NCBI GenBank assembly: GCA_965238175.1 | Contig: CBDEGZ010000003.1 | Location: forward strand, 1,824,001-1,888,000 | Direction of reading: 5' to 3' | Source of the DNA: Gammaproteobacteria bacterium | GTDB taxonomy: Bacteria; Pseudomonadota; Gammaproteobacteria; CAJXQU01 | Length of the DNA: 64,000 nt | The notes under the pieces: model-generated | What the model saw: only the letters and a program-made list of their open reading frames with translations | Database searches by the model: none | What the model was told of the DNA's origin: nothing | Shown here: positions 10,159 through 20,284 of the stretch, piece by piece | How the letters are laid out: each line of letters begins with the position of its first letter | How positions within the stretch are numbered: the stretch's first letter is position 1 | Translations under genes and position numbers: made by a program

Positions 10159-10222
10159 TATGAATTGCTTATGATAGATTTGAGAACAAGCTATCTAATT
10201 GAATTAGATGGAAATATAGGTT

Positions 10223-10238
10223 TGGCATGGATAGTGCT
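10223..10238 (+). promoter_or_regulatory. sigma54 promoter of the porin-glnK-amtB operon
   Basis: TGGCATGGATAGTGCT, GG-N10-GC spacing, about 65 nt downstream of the NtrC site. Confidence 0.75.
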
Positions 10239-10326
10239 CAAATTAAAACGTGACACTGAGTATCAGTTTAGTGAAACACTTTTTTTTAATTAATGGTACT
10301 AAATCTTGGTAAGAGGGGATTTAAAA

Positions 10327-11061
10327 ATGAAAAATTTAACAAAAACTTTAATCACAGGTGCTTTATTGAGCACAAGTCTATTAACCCATGCCGAAAGTCC
10401 ACATGAATTCAGCGGCAATGTTGCTGTGACAACAGACTACGTATTCCGTGGTATTTCTCAATCGAATGAAGATCCGGCTTTATCTGGTGGGTTTGATTAC
10501 GCACATGAGTCCGGTATTTATGCCGGTTTCTGGGCTTCAAGTATTGAGTTTAATACGGCGGGTAATTCTGATGATGCGTCAACCGAAATGGATTATTACC
10601 TTGGATACGGTGGTGAGTTTGCTGGTACGGGTATTAGTTTTGATATTGGAGGACTTTACTTTGCCTATCCTGATCAGAACGAAGATACGGGTGCAGATTT
10701 TGACTATTATGAAATCTATGGTTCCGTTGGATATAGCTTCAACGACACAGTAAGTACAGGGCTATATGTTGCTTATTCACCTGATTTCTTTGGAGAAGAT
10801 GATCGTGGTATCTATGTCGCAGCTAATTTTGATCTTGCCTTACCACAAAACTTCGGATTGTCATTTATTGTCGGTCACCAAGATGTTGAAGGTGATAAAT
10901 CTTCAACAGGGTTTGATTATTCACATTGGTCGCTTGGCCTGGCAAAAGAAGTGGGTATTTTTGGTTTTGATCTGACTTATCACGACACTTTCAGTAGAAA
11001 TGATATTGATGGAGATGCTTTGGATTCGAGACTAGTCTTTACCGTATCAAGTAGTTGGTAG
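10327..11061 (+). CDS. TorF-family putative porin
   Basis: Signal peptide MKNLTK...; SGNVAVTTDYVFRGISQS, PALSGGFDY; C-terminal W; typical position upstream of glnK-amtB. Confidence 0.88.
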   Translation: MKNLTKTLITGALLSTSLLTHAESPHEFSGNVAVTTDYVFRGISQSNEDPALSGGFDYAHESGIYAGFWASSIEFNTAGNSDDASTEMDYYLGYGGEFAGTGISFDIGGLYFAYPDQNEDTGADFDYYEIYGSVGYSFNDTVSTGLYVAYSPDFFGEDDRGIYVAANFDLALPQNFGLSFIVGHQDVEGDKSSTGFDYSHWSLGLAKEVGIFGFDLTYHDTFSRNDIDGDALDSRLVFTVSSSW

Positions 11062-11071
11062 CTCTAAACAT

Positions 11072-11100
11072 AAGCCTCGTTTAGTCGGGGCTTTTTATTT
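11072..11100 (+). terminator. hairpin plus U-tract between porin and glnK
   Basis: AAGCCTCG-tttagt-CGGGGCTT followed by a T-run. Confidence 0.6.
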
Positions 11101-11141
11101 TTAAAAAACTTATTGATAGAAATTAATAATGGAGGAGCTGA

Positions 11142-11483
<342 letters not shown>

Positions 11484-11507
11484 ACAGTTCGGAGGAGAAT
11501 AAAAAAA

Positions 11508-12767
11508 ATGGAAAATCAAATATTTGAATTGCAGTATGCACTGGATACTTTTTACTTTCTGGTGATGGGTGCTTTTGTTATGTGGATGGCTGCAGGCTTT
11601 GCAATGCTCGAAGCAGGTCTGGTTAGAGCAAAGAATACAACTGAAATTTTAACCAAAAATATCGCTCTCTATGCAGTGGCCAGTACTATGTACATGATAT
11701 GTGGATATTATTTTATGTACGACGGTGGATTACTTTTATCAGGTGTAGAAACGGTCGCTTCACTTGATGTTGAGGCAGCGCTTGCAACATCTGTCGAAAA
11801 TGGTTTCGATGGAGATTCTGTATATTCCGGTGCATCTGACTTCTTTTTCCAGGTAGTTTTTGCTGGCGCCGCGATGTCGATTGTATCTGGCGCGGTTGCT
11901 GAGCGTATGAAACTTTGGGCTTTTCTTACCTTTGCAGCTGTGATGACGGGTTTCATTTATCCCGTGCAGGGCGGGTGGACATGGGGCGGCAACGCGGTTC
12001 CTTTCATAGGTGAGTTGAGTTACAGCGATTATGCAGGCTCAGGTATCGTTCATATGGCCGGTGCGGCCGCTGCGCTCGCAGGTGTGTTACTGCTTGGGCC
12101 ACGAAAAGGTAAGTACGGTCCTAATGGGCAAGTGAATCCAATCCCAGGTGCAAACCTGCCAATGGCAACGTTAGGGACCTTTATTCTGTGGATGGGATGG
12201 TTTGGTTTCAATGGTGGTTCTACCCTGAAACTCGGTGGTATTGCGGCATCAAATGAAATTGCAAATGTATTCCTGAATACAAATGCCGCAGCAGCAGGTG
12301 GTTTGATAGCAGCATTGATTCTCGCACGGATCTTATTTGGAAAAGCAGATTTAACCATGGCACTGAATGGTGCACTGGCTGGTCTGGTTGCGATTACAGC
12401 TGAACCGGCTGATCCAACACCATTGCTTGCTGCATTGATTGGTGGGACTGGTGGTCTGATTGTAGTCTTCAGTATCATTACATTGGATAAATTAAAAATT
12501 GATGACCCTGTAGGTGCGATTTCTGTACATGGTGTGGTTGGATTGTTTGGGATATTTGCAGTGCTATTTTCCGATGCAGAGGCAACCTTCATAGGACAGC
12601 TCACAGGTGCCATGGTAATTTTTATCTGGGTCTTTGTTACAAGCGTAATCGTCTGGTCTATTCTAAAAATAGTTATGGGTATAAGAGTCGATAAAGAAGA
12701 AGAGTCAGAAGGTGTTGATATAAGTGAGTGCGGTATGGAAGCGTATCCTGAATTCACACACCAATAA
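11508..12767 (+). CDS. amtB: ammonium transporter
   Basis: GFAMLEAG, SGAVAER, DYAGSGIVH, WMGWFGFNGGS, IDDPVGAISVHG. Confidence 0.95.
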   Translation: MENQIFELQYALDTFYFLVMGAFVMWMAAGFAMLEAGLVRAKNTTEILTKNIALYAVASTMYMICGYYFMYDGGLLLSGVETVASLDVEAALATSVENGFDGDSVYSGASDFFFQVVFAGAAMSIVSGAVAERMKLWAFLTFAAVMTGFIYPVQGGWTWGGNAVPFIGELSYSDYAGSGIVHMAGAAAALAGVLLLGPRKGKYGPNGQVNPIPGANLPMATLGTFILWMGWFGFNGGSTLKLGGIAASNEIANVFLNTNAAAAGGLIAALILARILFGKADLTMALNGALAGLVAITAEPADPTPLLAALIGGTGGLIVVFSIITLDKLKIDDPVGAISVHGVVGLFGIFAVLFSDAEATFIGQLTGAMVIFIWVFVTSVIVWSILKIVMGIRVDKEEESEGVDISECGMEAYPEFTHQ

Positions 12768-12810
12768 CCAATAGTCATCATTAAGAACTACCTCTTGCCG
12801 TAAAGGTATT

Positions 12811-12838
12811 AGGGGGTGCTTAGGCACCCCTTTTTTTA
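12811..12838 (+). terminator. intrinsic terminator of amtB
   Basis: GGGGTGC-ttag-GCACCCC followed by T7. Confidence 0.85.
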
Positions 12839-12911
12839 TTCTTGATTGGGTTATTTGATTGCAAAGTACAGAAGAGAATTAAGAAGGAAAGCTAACAAGA
12901 TCTTTCTGAAA

Positions 12912-14075
12912 TCAATCAATTTGTTGATTAATAATCTCTTTAGAGTTTTTCATATTACGAAACACAAGGGGTTTTTCTTCTATCACTGGGTTGACCGCAT
13001 TCGCTTCAATACGACTGACATCATTTTGTAGCGTCTGATGGTTCACTGATTTACCACAAATAGGATCAGCATTGGTTGCATCACCCGTCAGCATATAAGC
13101 TTGGCAACGGCAGCCACCCAGATCAATTTCTTTTTCATCACAGCTACGGCAGGGTTCTTTCATCCAATCCATACCGCGAAACTTGTTAAAGTCGTTTGAC
13201 TCATTCCAGATATCTTGAATACTGAAATCACGAACATTGGGTAGCTCAAGTCCTGGTAATTGTCTTGCAGAGTGACAAGGGAGCGCAACGCCATCTGGTG
13301 CAATAGTTAGAAAGATATTGCCCCAACCATTCATACATTTTTTTGGACGATCTTCAAAATAATCGGGAACAACATAAATGATCTTCATCTGATCTTTCAT
13401 GCGTTCTTGATATTCATTTGCGACTTTTTCCGCACGCCCAAGTTGTTCACGCGTTGGAAGTAATTGCTCGATATTGTGTAATGACCAGCCATAATATTGT
13501 GTGCTGGCAAGTTCCACATAATCAGCTTTTAATTCGACAACCATATCGAGAATGTCGCGAATTTGATCAATATTCTGGCGATGGATAACAATGTTCAAGA
13601 CCATTGGATATTCGTACTTCTTAACTAAGCGCGCCATTTCCAATTTGTGTTCGAAAGATTTAGTACCACCAAGGAAATTATTTAATTCTTCATTACTGGC
13701 TTGAAAACTGATCTGAATGTGATCAAGGCCAGCTTCTTTAAAAGCTTTGATTCGATCCTCATCCATGCCAACACCTGAGGTGATCAGATTAGAGTAGAAA
13801 CCTAACTTTCGTGACTCGGCGATCAGTTCTTCAAGATCTTGTCGAACTAATGGTTCGCCACCCGAAAAACCGATCTGTGCAGCTCCCATAGAACGGGCTT
13901 GTCGCATAACGCGTATCCAGTCATCAGTCGAAAGTTCATTTTTATAGGCCGCAATATCGGTAGGGTTAGAGCAATAAGGACATTGAAGTGGGCATTTATA
14001 AGTCAATTCAGCCAACAACCAAAGTGGTGGCGTGAGTTTATGACCCGCTTGATTAAACTGTTCTGATCCAGCCAT
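12912..14075 (-). CDS. pqqE: PQQ biosynthesis radical SAM enzyme
   Basis: [22 protein letters not shown]; SPASM motifs CMNGWG and GGCRCQA; start set at MAGSEQ. Confidence 0.95.
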   Translation of the reverse strand: MAGSEQFNQAGHKLTPPLWLLAELTYKCPLQCPYCSNPTDIAAYKNELSTDDWIRVMRQARSMGAAQIGFSGGEPLVRQDLEELIAESRKLGFYSNLITSGVGMDEDRIKAFKEAGLDHIQISFQASNEELNNFLGGTKSFEHKLEMARLVKKYEYPMVLNIVIHRQNIDQIRDILDMVVELKADYVELASTQYYGWSLHNIEQLLPTREQLGRAEKVANEYQERMKDQMKIIYVVPDYFEDRPKKCMNGWGNIFLTIAPDGVALPCHSARQLPGLELPNVRDFSIQDIWNESNDFNKFRGMDWMKEPCRSCDEKEIDLGGCRCQAYMLTGDATNADPICGKSVNHQTLQNDVSRIEANAVNPVIEEKPLVFRNMKNSKEIINQQID

Positions 14076-14331
14076 TTTGCTTTGACACCTCAAATAATTG
14101 CAGTACATCGTCTTTTAGATCGGCACCTTCAAATTGCACCTCTAAATCTTTAATAATGTCACCGATAGATTTTTTACCATCAACACGTTTTAAGGATTCA
14201 CCTGCACTTTGGCTGAGCTTGACCATGCCTTCTGGGTAAAGAATGACAAACGCATCTTGTACTTCTTCCCATTGCAATCTAAACATGGGTGCAATCTCGG
14301 GGATATTTTCTAGGGTAAGTTGTTCGCTCAT
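14053..14331 (-). CDS. pqqD: PqqA-binding chaperone
   Basis: [23 protein letters not shown]. Confidence 0.95.
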   Translation of the reverse strand: MSEQLTLENIPEIAPMFRLQWEEVQDAFVILYPEGMVKLSQSAGESLKRVDGKKSIGDIIKDLEVQFEGADLKDDVLQLFEVSKQNGWIRTV

Positions 14332-14339
14332 AATGTTCC

Positions 14340-15095
14340 TTATAGGATTAGGCTACCAATTTGATCAGGATCTTCGCAGTTGTGGAAAGGTGGTTTCTTT
14401 TCTATATAAGCCATCCACATGCAATCTAACATTGTCCATAGAATATTGAGCTTAAATTGTAAGACTCTCAACATAAATTCCTGTTCTTCACGTGTTTTAT
14501 AATGATCTAAAGTGACATCAAGACCATGTTGTACATCGCGGCGGGCTTCGCTGAGTCGCTTACGGAAATAGTGATAACCTCTTTCATCGATCCAGGGATA
14601 AAACTCTGGCCATTTGTCGAGTCTTTTTTGATGAATTTTTGGGGCAAAAAGTTCTGTCAGTGATGAACTTGCTGCAATTTCCCAAGGTTGTTGTTTTGCA
14701 AAATTGATATAAGCATCGATGGCAAACTTCACACCGGGTAATAAAAATTTATGTGATTTTAGATCTTCACGTGATAAGCCAACAGCTTCACCAAGTAATA
14801 ACCAAGCTTCAATTCCACCATCATCACCTTCGGTACCATCGTGATCAATAATACGTTGTGCCCATTGACGACGGGTGTCTCGATCCCAACAGTTGGACAT
14901 GATTGCTGCGTCTTTGACCGGGATGGCTTCTTGATAATAAAAACGGTTTGCTACCCAACCCTGGATCGCTGTTTTATCAAGTTTGCCGTTATTCATTAAA
15001 ATGTGGAATTCGTGATTAATATGATAATACTTTTCCTTATCACGGAGTTTTTGTTCAAACTCTTCTCTTGTCCAAGGTGTGTTGTCTGTGCTCAT
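14340..15095 (-). CDS. pqqC: pyrroloquinoline-quinone synthase
   Basis: [35 protein letters not shown]. Confidence 0.96.
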   Translation of the reverse strand: MSTDNTPWTREEFEQKLRDKEKYYHINHEFHILMNNGKLDKTAIQGWVANRFYYQEAIPVKDAAIMSNCWDRDTRRQWAQRIIDHDGTEGDDGGIEAWLLLGEAVGLSREDLKSHKFLLPGVKFAIDAYINFAKQQPWEIAASSSLTELFAPKIHQKRLDKWPEFYPWIDERGYHYFRKRLSEARRDVQHGLDVTLDHYKTREEQEFMLRVLQFKLNILWTMLDCMWMAYIEKKPPFHNCEDPDQIGSLIL

Positions 15096-15104
15096 TTGTA
15101 TTCC

Positions 15105-16019
15105 TTATAGGATCAAATCCATACCATCGAAAGAAACTTCTATATCGGCTTCATTCAGCTGACGTCTTTCGTCTGACGCTTCATCAAGAATTGGGTTGGT
15201 GTTGTTTATATGGATCAGAATTTTTCGCGTAGAGTCTAGCTTAGAAAGGGTCTCTTTGATTCCACCTTTATCATTTTGCGAAAGGTGTCCCATTTCACTG
15301 GCAAGTTTATTACTAATCCCTTCTTTGGACATTTCATCATTAGTCCAAACGGTTCCATCGACTAATACCGCATCGGCTTGATCCATGTAATTGAAAACGT
15401 GATCTTCAATAACGCCGAGTCCTGGTGCATAAAATACGGACTTTCCAGTGTTTAAATCCTCGATCAATAAGCCAATATTATCGCCAGGAACTGTGTTGTG
15501 ACGATGTGGCGAATAGGGTGGTGCTTCGCTTTTAAGCGGCACACTGGTGAAGCGTAATCCTTCGGCTTGGGAGATTGTGAAAGAAGACATATCCGGCATC
15601 ACTTCATGCCAGTTTACGCCGCGAAAGTGACCAAGGATATTGAAGATCGGGTAGCCTGTTGTCATGTCTTCGTGAACTTCTTTTGTGCAATAAATATCCC
15701 AGGGTTTGTCGTGCTCTCTGAGAATCAATAATCCTGTTGAATGATCAATTTGCGCATCAGTAATTATTATCGAACAAATGCCAGTATCTCTAACCTTTCG
15801 AGCAGGTTGCAGTGGTGAGAATGATTCGATTTGCGCGCGTATATCGGGCGAGGCATTGATCAGTACCCAGTTTTCACCGTCAGCGCTGACTGTAATTGAT
15901 GACTGTGTTCTAGCGACGCATTTAACCTCGCCAGATCGTACTCCGCTACAGTTTTTGCAGTTGCAATTCCACTGTGGAAAGCCACCGCCCGCGCCAGAGC
16001 CTAAAATCCTTATATGCAT
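15105..16019 (-). CDS. pqqB: PQQ biosynthesis protein B
   Basis: LGSGAGGGFPQWNCNC, RTQSS, IHINNTNP. Confidence 0.96.
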   Translation of the reverse strand: MHIRILGSGAGGGFPQWNCNCKNCSGVRSGEVKCVARTQSSITVSADGENWVLINASPDIRAQIESFSPLQPARKVRDTGICSIIITDAQIDHSTGLLILREHDKPWDIYCTKEVHEDMTTGYPIFNILGHFRGVNWHEVMPDMSSFTISQAEGLRFTSVPLKSEAPPYSPHRHNTVPGDNIGLLIEDLNTGKSVFYAPGLGVIEDHVFNYMDQADAVLVDGTVWTNDEMSKEGISNKLASEMGHLSQNDKGGIKETLSKLDSTRKILIHINNTNPILDEASDERRQLNEADIEVSFDGMDLIL

Positions 16020-16077
16020 GATGTGTGTTATTTATTTTGATTGAGAAAAACGGTGAAAGTACTAGAAACAATAAGGT

Positions 16078-16109
16078 AAAAAAGGGAGAAGTGATGGACA
16101 CTTCTCCCT
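16078..16109 (-). terminator. hairpin between pqqA and pqqB
   Basis: AGGGAGAAGTG-N5-CACTTCTCCCT 11-bp stem with a U-tract on the minus strand. Confidence 0.8.
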
Positions 16110-16118
16110 GATCAAATT

Positions 16119-16193
16119 TTAACGATTCATGATGTACATTGTTACTTCAAAACCGAATCGTAGATCTTCATATGCTGGAGTTTCCCATTTCAT
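16119..16193 (-). CDS. pqqA: PQQ precursor peptide MKWETPAYEDLRFGFEVTMYIMNR
   Basis: Manual translation; ExxxY motif (EVTMY); AGGAGGT RBS at 16201-16207; not in the ORF track. Confidence 0.97.
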   Translation of the reverse strand: MKWETPAYEDLRFGFEVTMYIMNR

Positions 16194-16259
16194 GATAATT
16201 ACCTCCTAAAGGTATGTTAATTAAAATTTGACCACAGTTTTTTGTAGTCTCCCTTTACA

Positions 16260-16276
16260 TGGCATTGTTTATGCCA
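16260..16276. promoter_or_regulatory. palindrome reading as sigma54 -24/-12 on both strands
   Basis: TGGCATTGTTTATGCCA / TGGCATAAACAATGCCA, GG-N10-GC in either direction. Confidence 0.5.
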
Positions 16277-16381
16277 GTTTTTTGTCGAAAGTTGAAAGGT
16301 TAAATAAAAGATTTGTAAAACAATAAGATAACATTATTGAGACGTTGTAAAGAGGCTTGTTCTTATGGCACGAAGAGGTTG

Positions 16382-16424
16382 CGAATGGTTCTCTTACAAC
16401 CAGCCGAATGGTTCATTACAACCA
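16382..16424. repeat. tandem direct repeat, probable regulator sites
   Basis: CGAATGGTTCTCTTACAACCA and CGAATGGTTCATTACAACCA, 23-nt period. Confidence 0.7.
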
Positions 16425-16503
16425 ATCGTAATTAGCAGATAGACTCATGAAGTTTTATTCTACTTGATACTGTTTGTTAGCGATAAAAATACAGCTTGTT
16501 CAT

Positions 16504-16543
16504 CTGTAATGTATTTGTAGTATTGAATTAACACACTAGTCAT
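16504..16543 (+). promoter_or_regulatory. candidate Pho box array
   Basis: CTGTAAT-gtat-TTGTAGT-attg-AATTAAC-acac-TAGTCAT, 11-bp periodic CTGTCAT-like units upstream of the PhoX-like gene. Confidence 0.45.
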
Positions 16544-16639
16544 TTTTCGCGAGTTTAATGTTCATGTCAGCTTAATGCATTAGGGAGTAGATATTTCTAG
16601 GGAACTGGCATCTATATAACAAAGCTCTATGGAGAACTC

Positions 16640-18274
16640 ATGAAAAAACTAACAGTATCATTATTGTCTGCAAGTATTTTTGCGGCAGTTTCACAAGTAT
16701 CTGTAGCAGGTACAGATATTTATTTCACACCTTTAACCCATTCAGCACCAACGGCGACGGTTGTTGCGGATAGGGATGGAGTTAAAAACACACACTTCAA
16801 TGAAGTTAACCATCCATGGCGTGCACCTGCAGGTGTCAGTCAGGTAAATTTAACGAGTATGAGCGAGATTGAGGCTGACATCATGCAATCTGTCGTTCGT
16901 GTTGATGGTTTAGGAACTGGTGCTTCTATGTGGGATATGGTTGCATTTGACCATACGGGTAAATATATCTTTATACCTCATGAAACAGCAATGGGGGCTG
17001 GTGTAACCCGTTATGACATCGAGAATGATAAAGCCGAAGTTTTATTCTCAGGTGATGCAAAAGGTGTTCGTGGTGTCGATGCTAACTGGGAAAATGATTG
17101 GGGTGCTTTTGATCCAGCAACCTATACACCAAACAGTACTTTGCTGCTTGGTGAAGAGTGGTCCGGTCAAGGTCGTCTAATGGAAGTAACGAATCCAATG
17201 GCTGATCCAGCAGATATTAAAGTGCGTGAGCTGGATGTAGTACCTAATGTTGCTCATGAAGGTCTACGATTTAATAAGAGAGGCAAAACGTTGTATTTTG
17301 TTGATGAATATAATTCAGGTTCACTCTATAAAATAGTTTTCAACAAAAAACGTAATTATGCCAGGGGTGGACAGGTTTATGTTCTATCTGTTGATGCCTT
17401 CAAAGGTGATTCATCCGAATACTGGAATGCTGAAGTAAATGCCACAGAGGCTCGAACGGGGCGTGCTACCTGGATACCTATGACGGATAGCAATGGCTAT
17501 AAGTTGACAGACATTGATCCATTCAAAAATGGTATCTCAAGTACATGTGACAACCCTGATACTTTTGGTGGTCGTTGTGCTGCTGATGAATTGGGAGCGA
17601 CTCCTTTTGGTCGCCCAGAAGATATGGAAGTGGGCAAATTACGTAACCGTAATGAAGTGGTTTACTTCACCGCAACTTCAGAAAGAACGGTTTATTCCGT
17701 TGAAGAAACGGGGGGCAACTCCGCCTATGTTCGTGTTTTTGCTAGCGATGAATCAACCCCTAAGAATCTGGGGCATCCAGCAACAACTGCTGTTATGAAC
17801 TCTCCAGATAATCTGGCGCAAGATGCTCTGGGTAATATCTATGTGATTGAAGACGCCCCAAACAGCAGTAACATTGGTGGTGACATCTGGTTTGTTAGAG
17901 ACACAAATACAGATGGCGTTGCCGAGTCTTTGGATCATTTTTTGAGTTTATCTGCTGATGGTGCTGAGCATACCGGTATGATCTTTAACCCTGCAAACGC
18001 AACACAATTTGTTGTTACGGTTCAACATCCAGATAGTACAAATCTAAATATTTACGAACAAGGTTTTGGTGATTCTCTGTGGATGTTTGATATTGCTGAG
18101 GTATATCCAACGCGTTGTAATGAGTACTCAGTTCGTGCTCGAGGTGTGAAAAACTGCGAATATGGTAGCGATAACAATTTTGTTGATAAGTTAGAAGAAA
18201 AAGGTCGTAAAAAGTATCGACGTGATCTTCGAAAACATAGAAAACATGTTAAACGACATTCGAATAATCATTAA
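16640..18274 (+). CDS. PhoX/DUF839-like beta-propeller phosphatase
   Basis: LLGEE, AHEG, YFVDE, GRPED, SPDNL, GAEHTG and VQHP motifs; Sec-type signal. Confidence 0.8.
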   Translation: MKKLTVSLLSASIFAAVSQVSVAGTDIYFTPLTHSAPTATVVADRDGVKNTHFNEVNHPWRAPAGVSQVNLTSMSEIEADIMQSVVRVDGLGTGASMWDMVAFDHTGKYIFIPHETAMGAGVTRYDIENDKAEVLFSGDAKGVRGVDANWENDWGAFDPATYTPNSTLLLGEEWSGQGRLMEVTNPMADPADIKVRELDVVPNVAHEGLRFNKRGKTLYFVDEYNSGSLYKIVFNKKRNYARGGQVYVLSVDAFKGDSSEYWNAEVNATEARTGRATWIPMTDSNGYKLTDIDPFKNGISSTCDNPDTFGGRCAADELGATPFGRPEDMEVGKLRNRNEVVYFTATSERTVYSVEETGGNSAYVRVFASDESTPKNLGHPATTAVMNSPDNLAQDALGNIYVIEDAPNSSNIGGDIWFVRDTNTDGVAESLDHFLSLSADGAEHTGMIFNPANATQFVVTVQHPDSTNLNIYEQGFGDSLWMFDIAEVYPTRCNEYSVRARGVKNCEYGSDNNFVDKLEEKGRKKYRRDLRKHRKHVKRHSNNH

Positions 18275-18335
18275 CGCTGAGTTGAATTTATGAGGTGGTA
18301 TAACTCATATAACTTAATGTTTTCTTGCTTCACTT

Positions 18336-18364
18336 AAAGCGCCTGTTTCTAGCAGGCGCTTTTC
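18336..18364 (+). terminator. intrinsic terminator
   Basis: AAAGCGCCTG-tttctag-CAGGCGCTTT followed by T residues. Confidence 0.75.
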
Positions 18365-18413
18365 TTAAGTTTATAAAAAACAAATTCTATTATTTTTCAT
18401 ATAAGGAACTTCT

Positions 18414-20150
18414 ATGACAACTCGCTATCTTTTTGTGAAAACTATTTTGATGGTTAGTCTTACCTTGGTTTGTATACAGCAATCAGGTTTAGCTGAGCAG
18501 AGTGAGAATAAAACATCGACCGGTTCAAAAGAAACTATGGCATACCATCAACAAATTATTGAGCTGAATAAGAGAAATGAGTCTGTCATCGCAGAAAAAT
18601 TAGATATACATCCAGTCACTGCAGTCTATAACCGGGAAGCGATCATTCCTGCAATGTGTTACACAAAAACCAAAGGGCAACACAACCCTTGTTATGTCTG
18701 TCATCAAAATCCTCAGCAAGATAGAGAAAATAAAATGGCCGATGGTGCGCTTCAGATCGCATACAGTTTTAGTGATGTGGGTTTGCAAAATCATTGGAAA
18801 AATTTATTCGAAGATCGAAACGAAAGAATCGATGCGATTTCTGATCAGGAGATCATGCAATGGGTCAATCAAGACAATTATTCTGAGTTGTCGACTCGAC
18901 TTGAAAATGCAAGTTTTAAAGGATGGATCCCCGATCTAAAAGATCTACAAAAAGGCGCAGATGCTTTTGATCAAAATGGGTTCGCAAAAGATGGAAGTTT
19001 GTGGGTTGCGTTTAGTTATAAACCTTTTCCGAGTACTTTTTGGCCGACAAATGGAAGTACAGATGATGTCATGATCAGACTCGATAAACCCTACCGAACA
19101 AATCAACAAGGTAAATACGTTAAAGATCTTTATATAGCAAATTTATCAATCACCGAAGCAAACATGAAAGGATTGAAATCTATTTCTACTTTGCCGATTG
19201 ATGAAAATGTGATCGGGGTAGATTTAAATAATGATGGGGATTTGAGTGTCATTTCAGAAATAAATAAAGTTGATCAATATGTCGGTGCAGCTGAGACGCA
19301 TTTTTTACAGCAAGGAACATATCCTCAAAAGACAGAGTTTTTACATACAGTACGCTACCTGGGTTTTAACGAAAAAGGTGAAGTAACGGTATCAAAACGA
19401 ATGAAAGAAGTGCGCTATCTTAAGAAGTGGGCTGCTCATCCCCTGGTGGCATTAACCGAATATTATCTTGAAGAAAGTTATGAAAAGGAGGCGGGAAATT
19501 TGCCCGGCTATACGAATCTTAAAGATCATGGTTTAGATAATGGTATGGGTTGGTCAGTGTCAGGTTTTATTGAAGATGCGCAAGGTCGCTTACGTACTTA
19601 TACTTTCGAGGAAAATCTGGCCTGTATGGGGTGCCATAATTCAATTGGTGCGACGATCGATAAAACTTTTTCTTTTCCAAGGAAAATTGATGGCGCAAAA
19701 GGTTGGGGTTATATCAACTTAAAAGGCATGCCAGATGCACCTAACAGGTCAGAGCAACAAGGTGAAATTCTTACCTACTTTAAACGTGTTGGCGGTGGTG
19801 GAGAGTTCAGAAGTAATCTTGAAATGTTCAAGCGTTGGTTTAATAAAGATGGAACAGTCAACGACAAAGCAGTGCTTGCGGCTGAGGATGTTTACGCATT
19901 GATCACACCGTCTAAACAAAGAGCTATAAAACTAAATAAAGCTTATAGAACCATTGTCGAAGATCAGGATTACATTTTTGGAAAAGAGGTTTTTTTAACA
20001 CCACCTTTAAATGTGTATGAGCAGATAAAGAATGAAACTTCCCCAACTTTGCCGGAAGAAAAATATTTTGTGTGGGATTTACGTCTAGATTGGTCTGCAA
20101 AAGAAAAATTCGAGAAGGCAGATCAAGCAATTGAGGTGAGTCAGAAGTAA
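18414..20150 (+). CDS. exported hypothetical protein with two c-type heme motifs
   Basis: Signal peptide; CYVCH and CMGCH about 310 aa apart. Confidence 0.75.
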   Translation: MTTRYLFVKTILMVSLTLVCIQQSGLAEQSENKTSTGSKETMAYHQQIIELNKRNESVIAEKLDIHPVTAVYNREAIIPAMCYTKTKGQHNPCYVCHQNPQQDRENKMADGALQIAYSFSDVGLQNHWKNLFEDRNERIDAISDQEIMQWVNQDNYSELSTRLENASFKGWIPDLKDLQKGADAFDQNGFAKDGSLWVAFSYKPFPSTFWPTNGSTDDVMIRLDKPYRTNQQGKYVKDLYIANLSITEANMKGLKSISTLPIDENVIGVDLNNDGDLSVISEINKVDQYVGAAETHFLQQGTYPQKTEFLHTVRYLGFNEKGEVTVSKRMKEVRYLKKWAAHPLVALTEYYLEESYEKEAGNLPGYTNLKDHGLDNGMGWSVSGFIEDAQGRLRTYTFEENLACMGCHNSIGATIDKTFSFPRKIDGAKGWGYINLKGMPDAPNRSEQQGEILTYFKRVGGGGEFRSNLEMFKRWFNKDGTVNDKAVLAAEDVYALITPSKQRAIKLNKAYRTIVEDQDYIFGKEVFLTPPLNVYEQIKNETSPTLPEEKYFVWDLRLDWSAKEKFEKADQAIEVSQK

Positions 20151-20220
20151 TGTGCTTTTTTGTTCTAAGATCATGAACCTAATATTATTTAAATACTTTT
20201 TTTAGTCTGACTTTTAAGAA

Positions 20221-20245
20221 TCAGGGTGTTTATAAAACACCCTGA
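20221..20245. terminator. hairpin between convergent genes
   Basis: TCAGGGTGTTT-ata-AAACACCCTGA. Confidence 0.7.
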
Positions 20246-20284
20246 ATACACAGTTTATTTAAAAAAAAGAAAAAATATTCGAAA

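Noticed and set aside
12050-12781. 243-aa antisense ORF
   Set aside because: Shadow frame of amtB with no motifs; the same applies to the antisense ORFs within mtnA, pntAB and SulP and the alternate-frame ORF in regB
12846-12900. Possible cassette-end fragment (..RRKANK with GCTAAC)
   Set aside because: Too short, and no attC arms follow
16366-16382. TGGCACGAAGAGGTTGC as a sigma54 promoter for the PhoX-like gene
   Set aside because: GG-to-GC spacing is 12 nt, not the required 10
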